Origin: Minisyncoccia bacterium
Lineage (GTDB): Bacteria > Patescibacteriota > Minisyncoccia > Phycocordibacterales > UBA5272
Direction: 5' to 3'
Length of the DNA stretch: 50,756 nucleotides
NCBI GenBank assembly: GCA_039809325.1
Contig: JBDHUS010000003.1
Location: 1 to 50,756 of the forward strand
Part shown: in pieces, positions 45,310 through 50,756 of the stretch
Layout of the letters: the number at the start of each line of letters is the position of its first letter
How positions within the stretch are numbered: position 1 is the first letter of the stretch
The notes under the pieces: generated by a model
Told to the model about the DNA's origin: nothing
Database searches by the model: none
What the model saw: the letters and a program-made list of their open reading frames with translations, nothing else
Program-made: the position numbers and the translations under genes

Positions 45310-45657
45310 ATGAATAAAAGTATAACAGAAACTTTAAAAAAAATCAATACCGAGATTACTTTTTTAGATATTATTATTATAATTTTTAATATATTTTTAA
45401 TATCAGCTTTTTTAATATATAAAATAAAAGTTTCAGACTATTTTTCAAATACAGAAGATTTTCAATATATAAAATCTAATATTATTTTAAATGAAGAAAA
45501 TACTAAATCTTTACATTTTATTTATGCTTCAAAAAGAGGAAAAAAGTATTACTTTTATAATTGTAAATCAAGTATAAAAGAAGCAAATAAAATATATTTT
45601 GATTCTGAAGCTTCAGCACAAAAAGCCGGATATACTCTATCTAAAACTTGTAAATAA
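45310..45657 (+). CDS. Membrane protein with Ada metal-binding-like C-terminal domain
   Basis: TM helix then YASKRGKKYYFYNC..IKEANKIYFDSE..AQKAGY...TC. Confidence 0.75.
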   Translation: MNKSITETLKKINTEITFLDIIIIIFNIFLISAFLIYKIKVSDYFSNTEDFQYIKSNIILNEENTKSLHFIYASKRGKKYYFYNCKSSIKEANKIYFDSEASAQKAGYTLSKTCK

Positions 45658-45747
45658 ATTAGTTTTTTATTACTTTACTTTTATTTTTAATAGGTATATT
45701 ATTTAAAGTGATAATAATATTTTTGTACTTTCTAAAACTATAAGCAT

Positions 45748-46200
45748 ATGAATCCTAATTCTAAATTATATCCTTTATATGAAAATAAATTTACAGCATT
45801 ATGCCACTGCGATGAGTGTAAAGGTAGTTCTTTCTCTGATACAGATATTTGTATTATTTATGATGATAAAAATAGAGACTATTATCAATATACAATATCA
45901 TATTTGATGAAAAAGATGCCATGTATTAATATTAAAGAAGGTGTCACTCCTCACATATTATGTTTTGAAGCATTTCAATCAATATATATAGGGGAAGGAC
46001 AATATTATAGTTCTAAAATAGGCTATATTAAGATTTGTGGTATATGCCAAATTGAATTATCACACATTGATTGTAATAATAAACTTGTCTATAGTTTTAA
46101 GCAAGTTGATAATAAAGTAGTAGATAAATTCTATGCATATAGAAATGAAATAAATTTTAGAGATTGGCTAAAAATAGTACCAATACAAATATCACATTAA
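45748..46200 (+). CDS. Cys-rich hypothetical protein
   Basis: CHCDEC, CGIC and further Cys; followed by a terminator. Confidence 0.6.
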   Translation: MNPNSKLYPLYENKFTALCHCDECKGSSFSDTDICIIYDDKNRDYYQYTISYLMKKMPCINIKEGVTPHILCFEAFQSIYIGEGQYYSSKIGYIKICGICQIELSHIDCNNKLVYSFKQVDNKVVDKFYAYRNEINFRDWLKIVPIQISH

Positions 46201-46228
46201 GAATTATTCCCTAAAAACATATTACTTT

Positions 46229-46254
46229 AAATCTCTCATTTTGAGAGATTTTTT
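46229..46254 (+). terminator. Intrinsic terminator
   Basis: AAATCTCTCA/TGAGAGATTT with T run. Confidence 0.7.
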
Positions 46255-46284
46255 ATGTTATAATTTTTATATAAAAATAAATTT

Positions 46285-46353
46285 ATGGCAAAAGGAAATT
46301 TTTCACAAAGAAAAGAAAAGAAAAAACCAAAAAAAGAAAATAAAAAAGATTAA
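46285..46353 (+). CDS. 22-aa lysine-rich microprotein (missing from the ORF track)
   Basis: MAKGNFSQRKEKKKPKKENKKD; TGtTATAAT at 46256-46264, AAATTT-ATG start context as in rpsI and rpoA, terminator directly after the stop. Confidence 0.7.
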   Translation: MAKGNFSQRKEKKKPKKENKKD

Positions 46354-46389
46354 AAAATAAAACTGCAAAATATTTTGCAGTTTTATTTT
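46354..46389. terminator. Perfect palindromic terminator
   Basis: AAAATAAAACTGCAAAAT/ATTTTGCAGTTTTATTTT. Confidence 0.75.
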
Positions 46390-46417
46390 ATTTAATTCTA
46401 CTTAAAAGTTATATTTA

Positions 46418-46603
46418 TTATTTACTTTCAAATATCATTTTATTTGATCCTTGTTCTAGAGTTAAAGTTTTTCCTGAGATTGTAACTTTTGCTCCAGCAT
46501 CAAGCATTTTGCTAAATGTTGATTCTGCATCCATGAGTCCATCTTCTGCTATAGTTTTTGTTTTTATATCTTCATTATTTTGAGAAGTAGTAGAAGAATA
46601 AGG
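46418..46603 (-). pseudogene. Remnant of a META (HslJ-like) domain gene
   Basis: Open frame SSTTSQNNEDIKTKTIAEDGLMDAESTFSKMLDAGAKVTISGKTLTLEQGSNKMIFESK* lacking a proper 5' start. Confidence 0.5.
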
Positions 46604-46736
46604 TTATTTTTTTAGAATTATATTATAAAGGAGATAAAGAAAATGAGAATAGGGAACTATATCAAAATAAATTAAAAGAAATTTTAAGAAAAAATTAAAA
46701 ATTAAATTATTTAATTAGAAATGCTATAATTACCTC

Positions 46737-49700
46737 ATGAAAAATGATATTTTGGAGGAAAATAATAAAATTTTTGAAGAAAGATATAATAAGCTAAACC
46801 AGAAGCAAAAAGAGGCTGTAGAGGCTCTAGAAGGGCCTGTAATGGTCGTAGCAGGGCCAGGAAGCGGAAAGACAGAGATTATAGCACTTCGTATTGCAAA
46901 TATTATTTATAAAGGCCTAGCGAGAGGAGAGGAGATACTTTGTCTTACTTTTACAGATTCGGCTAGCAATAATATGCGAGAAAGACTTCTCAAAATAATG
47001 GGCTCTGATGCATATAAAGTTCGCATATTTACTTTTCATGCATTTTGCTCGGATATTATAGGAAGATATAGAGAATACTTTTTTGATGCACAAAGATTTG
47101 ATCCAATAAGTGAGCTTAAACAAAATGAAATACTTGAATCTTTATTTAAAAAATTTAAATATGGAGAAGCTCTTTATGGTTATAGAGAAGAGAGAGGCTA
47201 TACTTATTTTAAAGATGCAAAAGAAAGAATAAAAAATTTTAAAGAAGCGGGTGTTACTCCAAAAGAAGTATTTGAAATATTAGAAAGAAATCAAAATGAT
47301 ATTTTAAAAATAAAGCCATTATTAAAAAATATTCCTCCGAATCTACGAGCAAAAGAAGCAAAAGAAAAATTCAAAAATATTTGTATAGAAATAGGAGAAA
47401 AAGGTGGAGAGCTTGGAAAATCTTTATATCAAAGATTTGAACCATATTTAGAAGAAGAAAATTATTCTGATATAAAAAAGAATTTTTTTAAAAAAGATGA
47501 AGATGATAATGAAGAATTTATCTTAAAAGAAGAAAAATATAGAGAAAAATTATTTTCTGTGGCTAAACTATATGAGGATTATCAAAAAGAGCTTTATAGA
47601 CTCGGGTATTTTGACTTTAATGACATGATTATATATGTAAAAGACGAACTTTCAAAAAATAAAAATCTAAGAAGTGAAATAGAAGAAGAATTTCAATATA
47701 TACTTGTTGATGAATTTCAAGATACAAATCTCGCACAGATAAAATTAATAGAGTCTATAACAAATAATCCAGTATTGGAGGGTAAAGCAAATGTATTTGC
47801 GGTAGGGGATGATGATCAATCTGTATTTAAATTTCAAGGAGCAGAGTTAAATAATATATTTAATTTTCAAAAAATGTATAAAGATGTGAAGTTTATAGTT
47901 TTGACAAATAATTATAGATCTACTCAAAGAGTGCTAGACTTTGCAAAAGAAATAATAGAAAAAGTTGATGAAAGACTTGTAAAGTATAATACAGAGCTAG
48001 TAAAAGAACTCATTTCAAAAAATGATAAATTGAAAAATGGAAATATATTTATAAATGGCTTTAATGAAAAAGAAAAAGAATATCTTTTTGTAGCAAAGGA
48101 GATAAAAAAATTAATTGATGAAGGAATAGATCAAAATGAAATAGCTATTATTTCAAGAAAACATGACTCCATACAAGAAATACTTTCTTATCTTGATAAT
48201 GAAAATATTTCTTATAATTATGAAAGAAAAGAATCTGTTTTTGAACAAAGACATATTGAAATACTTATTAAGATTTGTCAGTTTTTAGAATCTATAGCGG
48301 ATCAAAAAGAAGGCGAAGCAGACGAAATTCTTCCAGAAATACTTTCAAATGAATTTTTTGATATTGATAGGATTAATATTTGGGAAATTGCAAGAAGAGC
48401 AAGAGAAAGTAAATCTTCTTGGCTTGAAATAATGAGAAATCATGAAAATGAAAAAATAAGAGAAATAGCAAAATGGTTTATAGAGCTCGGAGTAGCTAGC
48501 AAGTCTATGAATTTAGAAATAATACTTGATACCATTATAGGTAGTAAAGATTTTGAATTATCTGGCGCTGAAGAAGAAGATGAATATTATAATAATAATA
48601 TTTTAAAATTAAAAACTAAATTTATATCAAATTATAAAAATTATTATTTTGGAGAAAATGTCTTAAAAGGAGATCTTGCTTCATATATACATTTTTTATC
48701 AAGCTTAAGAGTATTTATTAAAAATCTTCGCGAGTATAAAAATGGAGAAAAATTATTGATAAGTGATTTATCTACTTTTATAAAACTACATAAAACATAT
48801 AAATTAGCATTACTTAATAAGACAAGCTTTGTAGGAGATAAAAAGGCAATAAACCTTATGACTGCACACAAAGCAAAAGGATTAGAATTTGAATATGTAT
48901 TTTTAATTTCTTCAGAAGAGAAAATATGGAAATCAAAAGGTAATTCAAATATTTTGCCACTTCCAGCTAATATGCCTTTTGATAGAAGTCTTGATAATGA
49001 TGATGATTTTTTGAGATTATTTTTTGTAGGTATTACAAGAGCAAAACATACAATTTATATTACTTATACAAATGATATACTTTCATTTTTAGCTGATAAT
49101 AATAATCATGATGTGAAAGAAACGAATATAGAAAATACAGATTTAAAAAATGGATTAAAGATATATAATATTCCTCCTTTTGCTAAAAATGAAAAAGCAC
49201 TTCTCTCTAAACTTTTAGAAAATTATAAATTGTCTCCTACACATTTAAATAATTTTTTAAATGTTTCAAAAGGTGGTCCAAAATTATTTTTAGAGCAAAA
49301 TCTACTTTTATTTCCACAAGCAAAATCTTCATCTGCTGTCTATGGATCTGCTATGCATAAAGTGGTAGAAACTATGTATCTTGAGACTAAAAAATTAAAA
49401 AAAGTACCTTCTCTTAAAGAATTAGAAAATCTTTTAAAGAAAGAAATAGAAAAAAATAGACTTTTAAAAGAAGATGAGGAAAATGAGATTAAAAAGGGGA
49501 TTGATGCTTTAAATGTTTTTTATAAATTAAATCAAGAAAGAGTAGCAAAAGAAGCAGAAAAAGTAGAAACAGAAATAGATTTTAAAAATGAAGGAGTGCA
49601 TATTGAAAATGCTCTTTTAACAGGAAAAATAGATAGAATATTAGTGGATGAGGAGGATATAAATATTATAGATTTAAAAACTGGAAAATCTTTTAAAAGC

Positions 49701-50057
49701 TTTAATCTTAATAAAGTGAAAGAAGATAAGGATTATGAAAATATTAAAAAGCATAATTATAAACAACAATTAATGTTTTATAAAATTCTTTTAGAGAATA
49801 GTAAAAAATATAAAAATAAAAATATAAAAAATGCCTCTTTAAATTTTCTTGATGATAAAAATAATTTAGAAATAAATATTGATCTTGAAAATGATATTAG
49901 TAAAGAAGAGTGGAATAATTTTAAATTATTACTTGTCAGAGTTTATAATATAATAAAAGATATAGACTCCCTTCAAAAAATAGACATTTCAAAATATGGA
50001 AAAAGTATTAATGGTATTTTAGAATTTGAAAAGGATTTAATAGAAGGAAAATATTAA
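46737..50057 (+). CDS. UvrD/Rep-family helicase fused to a C-terminal PD-(D/E)XK nuclease
   Basis: AGPGSGKT, LTFT, VDEFQDTN, VGDDDQS, NYRS, TAHKAKGLEF, VGITRAK; nuclease LSPT, YGSAMH, GKIDRI, IIDLKTG, QLMFY. Confidence 0.95.
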   Translation: MKNDILEENNKIFEERYNKLNQKQKEAVEALEGPVMVVAGPGSGKTEIIALRIANIIYKGLARGEEILCLTFTDSASNNMRERLLKIMGSDAYKVRIFTFHAFCSDIIGRYREYFFDAQRFDPISELKQNEILESLFKKFKYGEALYGYREERGYTYFKDAKERIKNFKEAGVTPKEVFEILERNQNDILKIKPLLKNIPPNLRAKEAKEKFKNICIEIGEKGGELGKSLYQRFEPYLEEENYSDIKKNFFKKDEDDNEEFILKEEKYREKLFSVAKLYEDYQKELYRLGYFDFNDMIIYVKDELSKNKNLRSEIEEEFQYILVDEFQDTNLAQIKLIESITNNPVLEGKANVFAVGDDDQSVFKFQGAELNNIFNFQKMYKDVKFIVLTNNYRSTQRVLDFAKEIIEKVDERLVKYNTELVKELISKNDKLKNGNIFINGFNEKEKEYLFVAKEIKKLIDEGIDQNEIAIISRKHDSIQEILSYLDNENISYNYERKESVFEQRHIEILIKICQFLESIADQKEGEADEILPEILSNEFFDIDRINIWEIARRARESKSSWLEIMRNHENEKIREIAKWFIELGVASKSMNLEIILDTIIGSKDFELSGAEEEDEYYNNNILKLKTKFISNYKNYYFGENVLKGDLASYIHFLSSLRVFIKNLREYKNGEKLLISDLSTFIKLHKTYKLALLNKTSFVGDKKAINLMTAHKAKGLEFEYVFLISSEEKIWKSKGNSNILPLPANMPFDRSLDNDDDFLRLFFVGITRAKHTIYITYTNDILSFLADNNNHDVKETNIENTDLKNGLKIYNIPPFAKNEKALLSKLLENYKLSPTHLNNFLNVSKGGPKLFLEQNLLLFPQAKSSSAVYGSAMHKVVETMYLETKKLKKVPSLKELENLLKKEIEKNRLLKEDEENEIKKGIDALNVFYKLNQERVAKEAEKVETEIDFKNEGVHIENALLTGKIDRILVDEEDINIIDLKTGKSFKSFNLNKVKEDKDYENIKKHNYKQQLMFYKILLENSKKYKNKNIKNASLNFLDDKNNLEINIDLENDISKEEWNNFKLLLVRVYNIIKDIDSLQKIDISKYGKSINGILEFEKDLIEGKY

Positions 50058-50084
50058 TCATGTTAAAATCTATATATTAAAATT

Positions 50085-50756
50085 ATGCTTGATAAATATA
50101 AAGCTATTTGGCTCTCACACTCATCTATAAATGACTTTCTCTCTTGCAAGAGGTTATATTATCTTAAAAATGTATTTAAAGATCCAGCGACTCGCAGAAA
50201 AATAAATATAGCCTCTCCATATTTAACTCTCGGTATTACAGTTCATAAAGTTATTGAAAATTTAAAAAATATAAAGACAATAGATAGAGAAAAAGAAATA
50301 AAAGAAAATCTTTTAAATAATTTTAAAGAAGAATGGAAAAAATATAATATTAAAAAAGGTGGATTTGAAAGTGAAGAAGAAGAAAAAGTATTTTTTGAAA
50401 GAGGGATAGAAATGATAAAAAAAGTTATAGAAAATCCAAATGTATTATTAAATAAAATAATACCACTTTCTTATTTTTATACTGGAGATATGATACCAAA
50501 TTATTTTATCTCTCCAGAGGAGAATTTAATTCTTTGTGGCAGTATAGACTGGATAGAATATTTAGAAAAAGAAGATAGTTTGCGTATAATCGATTTTAAA
50601 ACTGGTAGAAATGATGAAGATGAAGACTCGTTTCAATTACCGATTTATTATTTACTTCTTACAAATTTGCAAAAAGAGAATGGTAAAAATAAAATATATA
50701 ATATAAAAGAAGCTGCATATTGGTATCTTGATTATGAAAATAAAAAAGAAAATACT
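50085..50756 (+). CDS. PD-(D/E)XK (RecB-like) nuclease family protein, partial at window end
   Basis: WLSHSSINDFLSCKRLYYL, LGITVHKVIE, LCGSIDWIE, IIDFKTG, FQLPIY; frame open to the window edge. Confidence 0.9.
   Translation, partial: MLDKYKAIWLSHSSINDFLSCKRLYYLKNVFKDPATRRKINIASPYLTLGITVHKVIENLKNIKTIDREKEIKENLLNNFKEEWKKYNIKKGGFESEEEEKVFFERGIEMIKKVIENPNVLLNKIIPLSYFYTGDMIPNYFISPEENLILCGSIDWIEYLEKEDSLRIIDFKTGRNDEDEDSFQLPIYYLLLTNLQKENGKNKIYNIKEAAYWYLDYENKKENT

Noticed and set aside
984-48871. Short ORFs antisense or out of frame within known genes (e.g. 984-1208, 10296-10553, 20341-20766, 20938-21291, 26441-26665, 29738-30007, 35558-35887, 48644-48871)
   Set aside because: They overlap well-supported genes, show no motifs and look like shadow frames.
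50085-50756. Cas4 assignment for the terminal nuclease
   Set aside because: No cas1/cas2 or array nearby and the C-terminal cysteine cluster is not visible; a generic RecB-like nuclease fits better.

Overview
Very AT-rich bacterial chromosome segment read with genetic code 11. It looks like Patescibacteria (CPR), most likely Parcubacteria, judged from the short uL13 and AlaRS, the stand-alone baseplate-J-like membrane protein, the presence of bL9 and the lack of Shine-Dalgarno sites; this placement is inferred, not computed. In order, the window holds: the 3' end of a RodA/FtsW gene; a roughly 12 kb surface-glycan locus (Wzx, GT10, GT25, O-acyltransferase, decayed methyltransferase, two GT4, DUF268, GT11, GT2, priming sugar transferase); tRNA-Trp; alaS; the infA-rpmJ-rpsM-rpsK-rpsD-rpoA-rplQ-rplM-rpsI cluster; grpE-dnaK-dnaJ; two tRNA-Gln; DedA, an L,D-transpeptidase, a thermonuclease, YqeY, rmuC, murD, rplU, recR, dnaB, cysS, an S41 protease, rplI and rpmA; and a UvrD-PD-(D/E)XK helicase-nuclease followed by a second PD-(D/E)XK nuclease. 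The strongest novel signal is 11985-12388, an ORF-less gap that parses as a tandem array of 3-4 small non-coding RNA genes. Units have a C-free G/U/A 5' segment and a terminal hairpin, three have a clear sigma70 promoter, and three hairpins share a UUCU loop on different stems. Other points of note: CysRS lacking its anticodon-binding domain, uS4 lacking its N-terminal domain, widespread leaderless promoters, a 22-aa basic microprotein gene and an isolated GC-rich perfect palindrome. No CRISPR array, rRNA, integrase or transposase was seen. All calls come from reading motifs by eye; no database searches were run.
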